Shown one piece after another: positions 40,509 through 51,055 of a DNA stretch of 64,000 bases. Both the position numbers and the translations under genes were made by a program. The stretch comes from an uncultured Gammaproteobacteria bacterium (GTDB lineage: Bacteria; Pseudomonadota; Gammaproteobacteria; GCA-002705445; GCA-002716945): NCBI GenBank assembly GCA_902628335.1, contig CACOMO010000004.1, positions 52,877-116,876 of the forward strand, read 5' to 3'. Every line of letters starts with the position of its first letter. Within the stretch, counting starts at the first letter, position 1. Under the pieces are notes generated by a model. That model was not told the origin of the DNA and searched no databases. It was given only the letters and a program-made list of their open reading frames with translations.

Positions 40509-41659
40509 TGACAAAACTTATTCAATGGCAAGAAATAGGAAACTCAAGAGTTATACTACGTTTAGATCTTAATGTACCACTAAAAGACAACACCGTAGAA
40601 AGTGATTTTAGAATATCTAAATCGTTACCAGTAATAACAGAGCTTCTGAGTAGAAATAATCAATTAATAATTCTCTCGCACCTCGGTAGACCATCTGTTG
40701 AAAAACCAGAGCCTTCACTGAGCCTACGTGTAGTCTGTGAACACTTGTCAAAAATGCTTCATGAACCTATTAAATTTGTAGACCAAATCACAGATCAAAT
40801 AACGTTTGGCGAGTATAAAATCATTATGTTTGAGAATATGAGATTTTTTAAAGGAGAAGTTGACAATGATCCTGAGCTGGCAAAAGTAATATCAAGTCAT
40901 GGTGACTTTTTTGTCTTCGATGCTTTTGGTGTATCTCATAGACAAGAATCAAGTACGACTGGTTTGATGAATTTTTTGGATTATGCAGCAGGACCTCTTA
41001 TTCAATCTGAGGTAAGTGCTGCTAAAAATATTCTTGAAGATCCAAAAAAACCTTTGTGTACAATAATATCAGGAGCAAAGATTTCTACAAAAATTTCACT
41101 CATAGAAACTTTCTCTAACAAAGCAGATTATTTAATTTTAGGAGGAGGATTATTAAATACATATCTTCATTGTAAAGAGTTTGAAGTGGGAAATTCTCTG
41201 ATAGAGAGAGATTTACAACAAGAGGTTGTAGACTTCTTTGAGAGTGATAACGCTAAGAAAATTATCATGCCTATAGATTTGGTATGTTCCTCAGATGTCA
41301 CACTTGATAACCCTAAAATAAAAAATATTTCTATGTTACAATCTAGTGATAAAGTTCTTGATATAGGCACTAGATCTATTGAAAGATATGCAGATATTAT
41401 AAAAAAATGTTCTACAGTTTTCTGGAACGGACCTTTAGGTTATGTCGAGAAAAAACCTTATGATAAAGGCACAGAGTCAATAATCAACGTTCTTGCAGAT
41501 TCAAATTGTTTCTCGGTGATTGGCGGTGGTGATACAGTTTCAGTTATTGAAAACATGGGAGTTGAGGATAAGATCTCGTATATTTCTACCGGAGGAGGAG
41601 CACTATTGAAGTATATTGAGGGTAAAGATCTGACAGTAATTAAAAAACTAGGATTATAA
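40508..41659 (+). CDS. pgk: Phosphoglycerate kinase
   Basis: R.DLNVP, SHLGRP, DAFG..HR, WNGP.G, GGGDT and STGGGA motifs. Confidence 0.96.
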   Translation: MTKLIQWQEIGNSRVILRLDLNVPLKDNTVESDFRISKSLPVITELLSRNNQLIILSHLGRPSVEKPEPSLSLRVVCEHLSKMLHEPIKFVDQITDQITFGEYKIIMFENMRFFKGEVDNDPELAKVISSHGDFFVFDAFGVSHRQESSTTGLMNFLDYAAGPLIQSEVSAAKNILEDPKKPLCTIISGAKISTKISLIETFSNKADYLILGGGLLNTYLHCKEFEVGNSLIERDLQQEVVDFFESDNAKKIIMPIDLVCSSDVTLDNPKIKNISMLQSSDKVLDIGTRSIERYADIIKKCSTVFWNGPLGYVEKKPYDKGTESIINVLADSNCFSVIGGGDTVSVIENMGVEDKISYISTGGGALLKYIEGKDLTVIKKLGL

Positions 41660-43096
41660 ATGAGAAAAAGAACAAAAATCATCGCAACTATTGGACCATC
41701 ATCATCTAGCTCTTCAAAGTTAAATAAAATGATTTTAGAGGGCGTAGATGTGTTTAGAATTAACATGTCACATTCGTCAATAATGCAAACAAGGAGCATC
41801 GTTGAGCAACTAAAAATCGAGTCTGTCAGATTGAAAAGACCCGTAGCTACTATGATTGATCTGCAAGGACAAAAAATAAGAATTAGAGATTTCGGAAAAA
41901 ACAGACAAATTCTTCTCAGAACTGGTGAGGAGTTTATCCTAGACTGCTCATTGACAGAGGGCAGAGGTACGAATAAATACGTAGGCGTAACATATAAAGA
42001 TCTTTACAAGCATGTAGATATAGGCGATGAAATACTACTAAGTGACGCAATAATTAAGTTAGAAGTGATAAAGGTGAATAAAAAAAAGATCCATACGAAT
42101 GTCTTGAGAGGAGGAAAACTGAAGCCACACCAAGGTTTAAATAAAAAAGGCGGGGGACTTACTTTAAGGGGGATAACCTCGAAGGATAAAAATGACTTAA
42201 AGGAACTTCTCAAACTCGATATAGATTATGTTGCAGTCTCTTTTGTGAGAGATGAAAAAGATATTAAAGAAGTAAGAAAAATAATTGGAAAAAAACCTAT
42301 TGGTATCATTGCTAAAATTGAGAGAGCTGAGGCTATTTCAAAAATTGATGAGATAGCTGAGGCAAGTGATGGAATACTGGTAGCTCGGGGTGACCTTGGC
42401 GTAGAGATAGGTGTCGAGCAACTACCAGCTGTTCAAGATAAAATAATTCGAAAAAGTATATCATTTGAAAAAATTGCTATTGTAGCGACTCAAATGATGG
42501 AATCTATGATAACAAATAGGGTACCAACGAGAGCAGAGGTATTTGATGTAGCGAATGCTGTTACTTCAGGTGTTGATGCAATAATGTTATCTGCTGAGAC
42601 TGCTATTGGTCGTTATCCTGTAGATGTAGTTCAAGAGGCATGTAGGATTTGTGAAGTTGCCGAAAAAACAAATAGAAAAATTCTTAAAGTAGATAGAAAA
42701 GAGAATAAATTTGTTAGCGTAGACCAGGTTATTGCATTATCAGCTGTGTATGCTGCTGATAATAGTTGTATTAAAGCAATTGCTTGTCTCACAGAAACAG
42801 GCTCTACACCAAAGTGGATGTCTAGGGTGCAATCTAATATTCCAATATATGCTATGACAAAAAGTGACGTAGCCAGTAGAAAAATTTGTCTATTAAAGGG
42901 AGTTTACTCTATGAAAATTGATGAAGTAGAATATGATCATGCAAAAGCTAATAAACAAGTAGTTAACTTGATGTTAGAAAAGGGAGCAGTCAAAAAAGGT
43001 GATTTTGTGATCATAACTAAAGGTGATCTTATGGGCACAAGCGGAAGCACTAATGCACTCAAAATTGTGGAGGTTGGGAACTTAGTTGAGGTATAA
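41660..43096 (+). CDS. pyk: Pyruvate kinase
   Basis: RTKIIATIGP, IAKIE, VARGDLG and ATQMMESM...PTRAE motifs. Confidence 0.97.
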   Translation: MRKRTKIIATIGPSSSSSSKLNKMILEGVDVFRINMSHSSIMQTRSIVEQLKIESVRLKRPVATMIDLQGQKIRIRDFGKNRQILLRTGEEFILDCSLTEGRGTNKYVGVTYKDLYKHVDIGDEILLSDAIIKLEVIKVNKKKIHTNVLRGGKLKPHQGLNKKGGGLTLRGITSKDKNDLKELLKLDIDYVAVSFVRDEKDIKEVRKIIGKKPIGIIAKIERAEAISKIDEIAEASDGILVARGDLGVEIGVEQLPAVQDKIIRKSISFEKIAIVATQMMESMITNRVPTRAEVFDVANAVTSGVDAIMLSAETAIGRYPVDVVQEACRICEVAEKTNRKILKVDRKENKFVSVDQVIALSAVYAADNSCIKAIACLTETGSTPKWMSRVQSNIPIYAMTKSDVASRKICLLKGVYSMKIDEVEYDHAKANKQVVNLMLEKGAVKKGDFVIITKGDLMGTSGSTNALKIVEVGNLVEV

Positions 43097-43108
43097 TTAG
43101 GAGTAATT

Positions 43109-44110
43109 ATGAATAATAAAATTTTAGAGAACACAGTAAAGAAGATGATGGAAGAACCTAAAGGACTCCTTGCTATGGATGAGAGTTCTCCAACATGTGC
43201 CAAAAGATTTGCATCTGTAGATGTAGAGGATAGTGAAAATAATAGACGTAGATATCGAGAGTTGTTAGTAACTACGCCAGATTTGAACAAATTCATAAGT
43301 GGTGCAATTCTGTACGATGAGACCTTCAATCAAAAAATGAGTAATGGAAAATACTTCAGAGACTACTTAACTACAATAGACATTTTACCAGGGATCAAAG
43401 TAGATACTGGAGCTAAAGATTTTTCAAATCATAAAGATGAAAAAATAACTGAAGGACTGGATGGGCTGAGGGATAGATTGATTGACTATGCTTCAAAAGG
43501 AGCTAAATTCTGTAAATGGAGAGCAGTTATAACAATAGGAGATGGCATACCTTCTAATGCTTGTATCTTGTCAAATTGTAATGCGCTCGCAAGGTATGCA
43601 TCATTATGTCAAGAGAGTGATCTTGTCCCTATTGTGGAACCTGAAGTATTAATAAATGGAGAACATGATATTCATAAGTGTAATGATGTAACAAAGATGT
43701 CACTAGATACGCTGTTTGAACAACTTGATATCCATAATGTATTTTTAGGTGGTACTGTACTAAAGCCTAGTATGGTCATCTCAGGAGATAAAAATATTAA
43801 TCGTGCTGATGCTCCAACAGTTGCTGATATGACAGTAAAAAGATTACTAGATTCATGCCCTGCTAATCTGGGCGGCGTTGCTTTTCTGTCTGGTGGACAA
43901 TCTGATGATGAGGCAACATCTCACTTGAACATAATGAATACCTCAAATAAAAACCTTCCATGGAGAGTAACTTTTTCTTACGCCCGAGCGATACAACAAT
44001 CTGCTTTGAATCACTGGAAAGGTAAAGATAGTAATATGGTTGGTGCACAAGAAATCATCGCATTAAGGGCAAAAGCTTGTTCAGATGCATCTGTGGGATT
44101 GCTATCTTAA
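43109..44110 (+). CDS. Class I fructose-bisphosphate aldolase
   Basis: GLLAMDES, GIKVD.G, KWRAV, PIVEPE, Schiff-base motif LKPSM, FLSGGQ and FSYARA. Confidence 0.95.
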   Translation: MNNKILENTVKKMMEEPKGLLAMDESSPTCAKRFASVDVEDSENNRRRYRELLVTTPDLNKFISGAILYDETFNQKMSNGKYFRDYLTTIDILPGIKVDTGAKDFSNHKDEKITEGLDGLRDRLIDYASKGAKFCKWRAVITIGDGIPSNACILSNCNALARYASLCQESDLVPIVEPEVLINGEHDIHKCNDVTKMSLDTLFEQLDIHNVFLGGTVLKPSMVISGDKNINRADAPTVADMTVKRLLDSCPANLGGVAFLSGGQSDDEATSHLNIMNTSNKNLPWRVTFSYARAIQQSALNHWKGKDSNMVGAQEIIALRAKACSDASVGLLS

Positions 44111-44773
44111 CAAAGTTAAATTTAGTAATTTTTTTATAGCTCTCTTGGAAGGTCTCCCCTTTATAATTTGTATTATGGGTATATTTGTAAAACTACCTAA
44201 CTCTTTTGCATTATTCATACCATCAGGTTGTTTAACATTAACTCTATTTAGCACAATTGCTCTCAACTTGATTTTATATTTTGCAAAAGTATTAATACTG
44301 AGTATAACGTTATTAATGACCCCAATTTCGTCCCTTGCGACTAGAATCGAATCCATTTTTATTTTTTTTGCAAAATCAATATTTAAACCATCAGATGATA
44401 ATGGTGAGCAAAGACCCCCTGCACCCTCAATTATAATGTAATCATGTTCGTTTAATAAGCTAAGTTTCTCACAGTAGTCATCGAGTGTTATTTTTCTCTT
44501 TGCGAGTCTAATTGCTCTATTAGGTGAAATAGGTGGCACAAATCTATACGGGTTAATTAAATCCAGAGATAAGACTTTATCAAGTATCCTATAAAAACGT
44601 TTTGAGTCGTTTGGCTGAAGCTTACTATTTTTCTTGGTACAGCCAGTCTCAATAGGTTTAAAGGCTGCGACAGATATGCTTGACTCCACTAAATATTTTA
44701 ACATCTCACATGCCACGAACGTCTTACCTACCTCAGTGTTAGTCCCCGTTATGAACAATTTTCTACTATTCAT
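44102..44773 (-). CDS. bioD: Dethiobiotin synthase
   Basis: ITGTNTEVGKT, FKPIETG and IEGAGG motifs. Confidence 0.94.
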   Translation of the reverse strand: MNSRKLFITGTNTEVGKTFVACEMLKYLVESSISVAAFKPIETGCTKKNSKLQPNDSKRFYRILDKVLSLDLINPYRFVPPISPNRAIRLAKRKITLDDYCEKLSLLNEHDYIIIEGAGGLCSPLSSDGLNIDFAKKIKMDSILVARDEIGVINNVILSINTFAKYKIKLRAIVLNRVNVKQPDGMNNAKELGSFTNIPIIQIIKGRPSKRAIKKLLNLTLLR

Positions 44774-45611
44774 ACTTTTTCGTTATTAAATCATATGCAA
44801 CCTGATACTTATTCATTAATTTGTTTTTAACCTCTAAGGGGATCTTAATTTGATTCTTATTCCAATTATTGTCTCGAAGGTAGTTCCTAAAATATTGTTT
44901 ATCGAATGCATCTAAATCATAATTCCCATTTGAATCCAGCTTGAGAAATCTTGAGCAGTCTGGTGTAAAAATCTCATCTATCAGTATTAACTCTCTATTG
45001 TGATTAAGACCGAATTCAAACTTAGTATCTGCAATAATTATTCCTCTATCTTTGCTGTACCTATATGCAAAATTATAGAGATCAAGACTGGCTTTAATTA
45101 TTTTATTTGTAATTACTTCTCCGACTAGATCCTTCATCTTAGAAATACTAATATTTTCATCTTTGTTTCCTTTCGTAGAGGGAGTAAATATTGGTTCCGA
45201 GAACTTATCGTACTCATTTAGTTTATGAGTTATCTCTACACCGTTAATAGAACCATTTTCTTGATAGGTTTTCCATGCAGACCCGGCTATATGACCTCTA
45301 ACTATAGCTTCCACAGGTATTACTTTCGTTTTTTCAACTATCATAGATCTAGAAATTAAACTTGGGTCTACCTCAGGCTTTTTGTCCACATAATGATTCT
45401 TTATAATCTTTTTTGTGAGTTTAAACCAGAATATTGACATACTATTAAGAAGAGATCCTTTACCAAGGACCTCTTCTTGAAAAACAAAATCAAATGCTGA
45501 TATTCTATCAGATGTTACAATCAATAGATGTTTTTGACCATATTCATAGATATCTCTTATTTTTCCGCTATATAATTTTTTATAACCGTCTATGTTAAGG
45601 TCATTAGGCAT
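44766..45611 (-). CDS. purC: SAICAR synthase
   Basis: GKIRDIY, SDRISAFD, FTPSTK, IIADTKFEFG and DE..TPD.SR motifs. Confidence 0.96.
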   Translation of the reverse strand: MPNDLNIDGYKKLYSGKIRDIYEYGQKHLLIVTSDRISAFDFVFQEEVLGKGSLLNSMSIFWFKLTKKIIKNHYVDKKPEVDPSLISRSMIVEKTKVIPVEAIVRGHIAGSAWKTYQENGSINGVEITHKLNEYDKFSEPIFTPSTKGNKDENISISKMKDLVGEVITNKIIKASLDLYNFAYRYSKDRGIIIADTKFEFGLNHNRELILIDEIFTPDCSRFLKLDSNGNYDLDAFDKQYFRNYLRDNNWNKNQIKIPLEVKNKLMNKYQVAYDLITKKYE

Positions 45612-46060
45612 TATTTAACTTGAGATAAGTAGTCAGTCAATCTCGTTTTATTCATAGCAAATTTTGATTCAGCATTTTTTGCCGCAGCTTTAACGTCTGA
45701 GAGATTAACACTTGGATCTCCAACTATAATGAATCCTGCCATACCTAAAATATAATGAGGTGTGCATTTATATCCATAGACACCTTCTTTTTCAAATTTA
45801 ACAACAATTTCTTCATTAATACCGCCATTCCATGAGCTAGCACCGCTAGGTATCATCTCATCAATAGAAGCAGCGTTATGACCAGGATTTGTTGCAACCC
45901 ATTTCACTGTATCACCAGGATTAACTTTAAGTACAGGCGGCTCGAAGACCATAGATTGTCCCTTCAAATTGCTGAGCATTTTCACTTGATGTTCTGCTGA
46001 AAGAACATTATTTGACAATACAACGCATATACACAAGACAAGAAATTTAAATTTATTCAT
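45611..46060 (-). CDS. Pseudoazurin-like periplasmic blue copper protein (true start ATG 46060)
   Basis: Signal peptide MNKFKFLVL...VLS|AEH; MVFEP, GHN and YKCTPHY..GM type-1 Cu ligands; GGAG SD. Confidence 0.9.
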   Translation of the reverse strand: MNKFKFLVLCICVVLSNNVLSAEHQVKMLSNLKGQSMVFEPPVLKVNPGDTVKWVATNPGHNAASIDEMIPSGASSWNGGINEEIVVKFEKEGVYGYKCTPHYILGMAGFIIVGDPSVNLSDVKAAAKNAESKFAMNKTRLTDYLSQVK

Positions 46061-46139
46061 ATTATACTCCATTAATAATACATATATAGTATCATGAAAC
46101 TTTAAAGAAAATACTCCTTGTGATAGATAGATATAGGAT

Positions 46140-46826
46140 ATGAATAAAGAACAGATGAGAGATTTTAAAATAGCCCCATCAATATTGTCAGCAGATTTTT
46201 CTAGGTTAGGTGAGGATGTTAAAGCAGTAATAGATGCTGGAGCAGACATTGTGCATTTTGATGTTATGGATAATCATTATGTTCCTAATCTTACGATAGG
46301 GCCTCTCGTTTGCTCTGCTCTAAGGACTTTTGGAATAAAAGAAATCATTGATGTTCATCTCATGATAAAACCTGTTGATAGGATAATCCCTGATTTTGCT
46401 GATGCTGGCGCTGATTATATTACATTTCATCCAGAAGCATCAGATCATGTTGATAGGACTATTAATTTAATCAGAGAGAGTGGATGTAAACCTGGTTTAG
46501 TATTAAATCCAGCTAGTTCGCTGACTCATCTTGATAATTGTCTAGACAGTATTGATATGATTTTACTCATGTCAGTCAACCCGGGCTTTGGTGGTCAGAA
46601 ATTCATAGATAGCACGCTCAATAAGATATCTAGGGTCCGCTCACTTATAGATGATTCAGGAAATGATATTAGATTAGAAGTTGATGGTGGAATTAATATT
46701 GACAACATTGCAGAGGTAGCAAGGGCTGGAGCAGATACGTTTGTTGCTGGTTCCGCAATATTTAATTCAGAAGACTATGCAAAGACTATCAAATCTATGA
46801 GAGATCAGCTTCAATCAATTAAGTAA
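46140..46826 (+). CDS. rpe: Ribulose-phosphate 3-epimerase
   Basis: [32 protein letters not shown] and EVDGG motifs. Confidence 0.97.
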   Translation: MNKEQMRDFKIAPSILSADFSRLGEDVKAVIDAGADIVHFDVMDNHYVPNLTIGPLVCSALRTFGIKEIIDVHLMIKPVDRIIPDFADAGADYITFHPEASDHVDRTINLIRESGCKPGLVLNPASSLTHLDNCLDSIDMILLMSVNPGFGGQKFIDSTLNKISRVRSLIDDSGNDIRLEVDGGINIDNIAEVARAGADTFVAGSAIFNSEDYAKTIKSMRDQLQSIK

Positions 46827-46834
46827 GAATACCG

Positions 46835-48301
46835 ATGGATAGAGAGAGATTCCTTAAGACTGTCAGCGAGGGTTATGATTTAATACCCATTTCTAAGTGT
46901 ATAGAGAATCCTTCTGTCAATCCAATTGATTTGTATGAGTCTTTTTCAAATAAGCCACAATCATATCTTTTTGAATCACTAGAGGGTGGTAGAAAATGGA
47001 GTAGATACACAATTATTGGGCTACCTAGTTCCGAATCTATAGATGTTCAAGATAATATTATTACTATAAGTACAAAAGAAAAAAAACAACGTGAGAAATC
47101 CTCTGATCCAATAAAGTGGATTGATGATTATTATAAGAAATTCAAGGTCTATAGTGACACAACTCTTCCCGAATTTCAGGGTGGATTAGTAGGTTATTTT
47201 GGCTTTGATTCAATCAAATATTTTGAACCAAAAATCGTACCATCAAAACAAATTGATGATCTAAATACACCAGATATACGTCTAATCATATCTAAAGAAA
47301 TTTTAATATTTGACAAATTAAATAATAAAATATTTATTATTGTCTACTCAGATAAAAATATTGCTAGTTATGAGAATGCTGTAGATAAAATTTCAAATAT
47401 AGATGCACTGATCTCTGAGTTTAAAGCAAAAAAAAATGATGACCTTTATCCTAAACATACAGATATGAGAGTTAGTTATCATATGACCAAATCTAAATTT
47501 ATAAAATCTGTAGACTCAATTAAATCCTACATTTTAAATGGCGATGTGATGCAAGTCGTGCTATCTCAAAGAATGACTATTCCATTTAACAATGATGCTC
47601 TAGCCTTTTATAAGCAACTTAGGAGCTTAAACCCCTCCCCGTACATGTACTATCTGAATTTAGATGGCTTCAGCATAATAGGTTCTTCCCCTGAAATACT
47701 AGTTAGACTTGAAAATCAGAATCTCACTGTGAGACCGATTGCAGGTACAAGGCCTAGAGGGTCAGACGAAGGAGAAGATAGTTTACTAGAGTATGATTTA
47801 AAAAAAGATCCAAAAGAAATAGCAGAACACTTAATGCTCATTGATCTTGGTAGAAATGATATCGGACGAGTTTCAGAGGTAGGAACTGTGAGACTTACTG
47901 ACAGAATGATTATAGAAAAATACTCTCATGTAATGCACATGGTATCGAATGTCGTCTCAAAATTGAAATCCAACTTAGGATTAATGGATGTTTTAAGAGC
48001 AACATTTCCTGCTGGGACTGTATCAGGAGCACCCAAAATAAGGGCGCTAGAAATTATCTACGAGTTAGAGTCAGTTAAAAGAGGAATTTATGCAGGCGCT
48101 ATTGGGTATCTTGGCTGGAATGGTAACATGGATACAGCAATTGCTATCAGAACTTGTATAATTAAAGATTCATTATTAAATATTCAGTGTGGAGCAGGTA
48201 TTGTTTTTGACTCTGTTCCAGAAAAGGAGTGGGAAGAGACAATTAATAAAGGTATGGCTATAATTCAAGCATACAAAAATCTCTGTGGAGAAGTTAAGTG
48301 A
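46835..48301 (+). CDS. trpE: Anthranilate synthase component I
   Basis: LFES, NPSPYMY, SSPE, PIAGTRPRG, EHLMLIDLGRND and GTVSGAPK motifs. Confidence 0.96.
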   Translation: MDRERFLKTVSEGYDLIPISKCIENPSVNPIDLYESFSNKPQSYLFESLEGGRKWSRYTIIGLPSSESIDVQDNIITISTKEKKQREKSSDPIKWIDDYYKKFKVYSDTTLPEFQGGLVGYFGFDSIKYFEPKIVPSKQIDDLNTPDIRLIISKEILIFDKLNNKIFIIVYSDKNIASYENAVDKISNIDALISEFKAKKNDDLYPKHTDMRVSYHMTKSKFIKSVDSIKSYILNGDVMQVVLSQRMTIPFNNDALAFYKQLRSLNPSPYMYYLNLDGFSIIGSSPEILVRLENQNLTVRPIAGTRPRGSDEGEDSLLEYDLKKDPKEIAEHLMLIDLGRNDIGRVSEVGTVRLTDRMIIEKYSHVMHMVSNVVSKLKSNLGLMDVLRATFPAGTVSGAPKIRALEIIYELESVKRGIYAGAIGYLGWNGNMDTAIAIRTCIIKDSLLNIQCGAGIVFDSVPEKEWEETINKGMAIIQAYKNLCGEVK

Positions 48302-48870
48302 TATTAATGATTGATAATTATGACTCATTCACGTACAACATTGTACAGTATCTGGGTGAACTTGGTTCTGAGCCGGTAGTATATAGAAATGATAAGATAA
48401 CTATTAGTGAGATTGAGCAATTGAACCCAGAAAAAATTATCATTTCACCAGGACCTTGCACACCAAATGAAGCAGGCATATCTGTTAAAGTCATTGAAAA
48501 TTTTCACAAGAATATTCCAATTTTAGGAGTCTGTCTCGGCCATCAAAGCATAGGACAAGCATTTGGAGGTGAGATTATTAAAGCAAAAAAAATTATGCAC
48601 GGGAAAGTATCCATGATTGAGCATAATCAGTTGAATATTTTTGATGGTATAGAGAATCCGTTTCAAGCTACAAGATATCACTCTTTGGTTATATCAAAGG
48701 ATAGCCTGCCGGAAATGTTGGAGATTACAGCTAATACTAATATAAACGAGGACAATGAAATAATGGCGGTCAAACATCGTGAATACCCAGTTTTTGGGAT
48801 CCAGTTCCATCCTGAATCGATATTAACAAATGTAGGAAAAGATATTCTTAATAATTTTCTGAAAATATAA
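48298..48870 (+). CDS. trpG: Anthranilate synthase component II (glutamine amidotransferase)
   Basis: IDNYDSFTYN, SPGP, GVCLGHQ, RYHSL and QFHPES motifs. Confidence 0.95.
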   Translation: MILMIDNYDSFTYNIVQYLGELGSEPVVYRNDKITISEIEQLNPEKIIISPGPCTPNEAGISVKVIENFHKNIPILGVCLGHQSIGQAFGGEIIKAKKIMHGKVSMIEHNQLNIFDGIENPFQATRYHSLVISKDSLPEMLEITANTNINEDNEIMAVKHREYPVFGIQFHPESILTNVGKDILNNFLKI

Positions 48871-49901
48871 TGCCGTATAGAGAAATACTAGATAAATTGA
48901 ATAAAAATATAACTCTAACAAGTCATGAGTGCACAATACTCTGCAACTCAATTTTAAACAATGAGGTTCCTAAGGATGAGCTTGTGGGTTTACTTATCAG
49001 TCTCAATAAGAATGGCTTTGGATCTGATGAATTATCTGGTTTTGCTCAGTCAATGAGAAACTTTTCAGTTAAAGTTGAAACCAATCATATGGTAATAGAT
49101 AATTGCGGCACAGGCGGAGATGGATCATCGACGTTCAATATATCTACAGCTTCATCACTTTTAGCAGCATGTTGTGGTGTTAGAGTTGCAAAACATGGAA
49201 ATAAGTCTATAACTAGTAAATCAGGAAGTGCAGACGTACTTTCAGAATTAGGAATCAATATAAATTTGAGTAGTGAGGCTCTTAGTGACTCACTTGAAAA
49301 AAATAATTTTGCTTTCATGTTTGCACCACTCCATCACATGGCTATGAAATATGTTGCAGAAGCAAGAAAAATCATTGCTCCTGAGAGAACAATTTTTAAT
49401 CTCCTTGGGCCATTAACGAATCCTGCTGGTGCTACAAGGCAAATGATTGGTGTTTATAGTCAGAATGTCATGCGCGATGTTGCGGATGCGCTTATAAAAT
49501 TAGGTACAGAGAAAGCATTGGTCGTTCACTCTGATGACGGTCTTGATGAGGTGAGCTTGTTTAAGAAAACAAAAATACTTAATATTGAGAGAAATAACAT
49601 TACAGAAGAATATTTTGACCCCAGTGTATATTACAAATACACTAATTTTTCTATCAGTGATCTCAGAGTAGATTCACCGAAAGAGAGCGCAAAAATTATT
49701 TTAGCGATAGCACAAAATAAAAAGAAGAATATTTTTAGACATATTGTCTCAGTAAACTCTGCATTCATTCTTCTGTTGGCTGATATAACTAAAGATTTTG
49801 CATCGGCATTGGAGATATGTGAAGACAGAATAGATGATGGAACAATGTTAGAAAAAATTCAACAACTTCGTGAGTTCACAAATAAAACTGAAAATGCTTA
49901 A
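48870..49901 (+). CDS. trpD: Anthranilate phosphoribosyltransferase
   Basis: CGTGGDG...FNIST, KHGN, GSAD.L and RTIFNLLGPL.NP motifs. Confidence 0.96.
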   Translation: MPYREILDKLNKNITLTSHECTILCNSILNNEVPKDELVGLLISLNKNGFGSDELSGFAQSMRNFSVKVETNHMVIDNCGTGGDGSSTFNISTASSLLAACCGVRVAKHGNKSITSKSGSADVLSELGININLSSEALSDSLEKNNFAFMFAPLHHMAMKYVAEARKIIAPERTIFNLLGPLTNPAGATRQMIGVYSQNVMRDVADALIKLGTEKALVVHSDDGLDEVSLFKKTKILNIERNNITEEYFDPSVYYKYTNFSISDLRVDSPKESAKIILAIAQNKKKNIFRHIVSVNSAFILLLADITKDFASALEICEDRIDDGTMLEKIQQLREFTNKTENA

Positions 49902-50682
49902 AGAAATAATTGAAAATAAAAGAAAAGAAATAAAGTTACTCAAACGTTATAATGATACTATCATAGAAAAAATTATCACTGAAAATAAACCTAGAGGTTT
50001 TCTCAATGCTTTAAAAAGCAGAAAAGATTTGGGCCAGACTGCAATCATTACTGAGATAAAAAGATATTCGCCAAGTAGAGGAAAATTAGACATGGAGCTA
50101 GATGCTGTTGACGTTGCTAGTCAGTATGAAGAATATGGCGCGGCATGTATTTCTGTTCTAACAGATCGTAAGTATTTTAAAGGAGATCTAAAAGACCTAC
50201 ATGAGGTAAAAAAATCCTCAAATCTTCCTATTTTGAGAAAAGATTTTATAATTGATGAATTGCAACTTGTTGAATCGAAAATTGCTGGTGCAGACTGTAT
50301 TCTACTAATTTTAGCTTGCCTTAATCGAGATAAATATCAGTCACTACTGGCCTTTTGTAAAACTTTAGAGATGGATGCTTTGGTAGAAGTACATAACGAG
50401 GAGGAGCTCGAAATAGCGTTAGAATCTAGTGCTGATTTAATTGGAATAAATAATAGAAATCTAAAGACCTTTAATGTCACAATTGATACATCAATAGATC
50501 TCGCAAAACTAGTAGACAAAGAAAAAACTTTTCTTGTGAGTGAGAGCGGCATATCTGACAGAGAGACAATATTACGACTTCAAAACTGTGGAATTAACGG
50601 TTTTCTGATAGGAGAGAGTCTGATAACATCAAAAAACATCGCTGAGCACTTAAAGAAACTTCTTGGAGATAATAATGAATAA
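49894..50682 (+). CDS. trpC: Indole-3-glycerol phosphate synthase
   Basis: EIKR.SPS.G, SVLTD..YF.G, LRKDF, GINNRNL and SESGI motifs. Confidence 0.96.
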   Translation: MLKEIIENKRKEIKLLKRYNDTIIEKIITENKPRGFLNALKSRKDLGQTAIITEIKRYSPSRGKLDMELDAVDVASQYEEYGAACISVLTDRKYFKGDLKDLHEVKKSSNLPILRKDFIIDELQLVESKIAGADCILLILACLNRDKYQSLLAFCKTLEMDALVEVHNEEELEIALESSADLIGINNRNLKTFNVTIDTSIDLAKLVDKEKTFLVSESGISDRETILRLQNCGINGFLIGESLITSKNIAEHLKKLLGDNNE

Positions 50683-51055
50683 TACTCTTGGTATTAGACA
50701 CCTCGCTCTCAAAGTGAAAAACTTCAAAGAGTGTCTGTACTTCTACAATGTTATTCTAAAAATGGAAATAGACTGGCAGCCTGATGATGAAAATGTCTAT
50801 CTAACAAACGGAAATGATAATCTTGCGTTGCATTTTGACAACACGATTGATATTTCAGGTCAATGTAGACTAGATCATCTTGGTATTCTCCTCCAAAAAA
50901 AAGAGGATGTTGATTCATGGCATAATTATATATGTGAAAATAAAGTAAAAATTTTTAAACCTGTAAATGATCATAGAGATGGCTCTCGAAGTTTTTATTG
51001 CTATGATCCAGATGGTAATATTGTCCAATTAATATGGCACCCTAAAATTTCATAA
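50675..51055 (+). CDS. VOC/glyoxalase family protein
   Basis: RHLAL.V, WQPD..NVYLT.G.DNLALH, DHLG and HRDG.RSFY..DPDGN motifs. Confidence 0.88.
   Translation: MNNTLGIRHLALKVKNFKECLYFYNVILKMEIDWQPDDENVYLTNGNDNLALHFDNTIDISGQCRLDHLGILLQKKEDVDSWHNYICENKVKIFKPVNDHRDGSRSFYCYDPDGNIVQLIWHPKIS

Noticed and set aside
46061-46249. N-terminal 63-aa extension of the pseudoazurin ORF in the track
   Set aside because: It overlaps the divergent rpe gene; the SD and signal peptide indicate a start at 46060.
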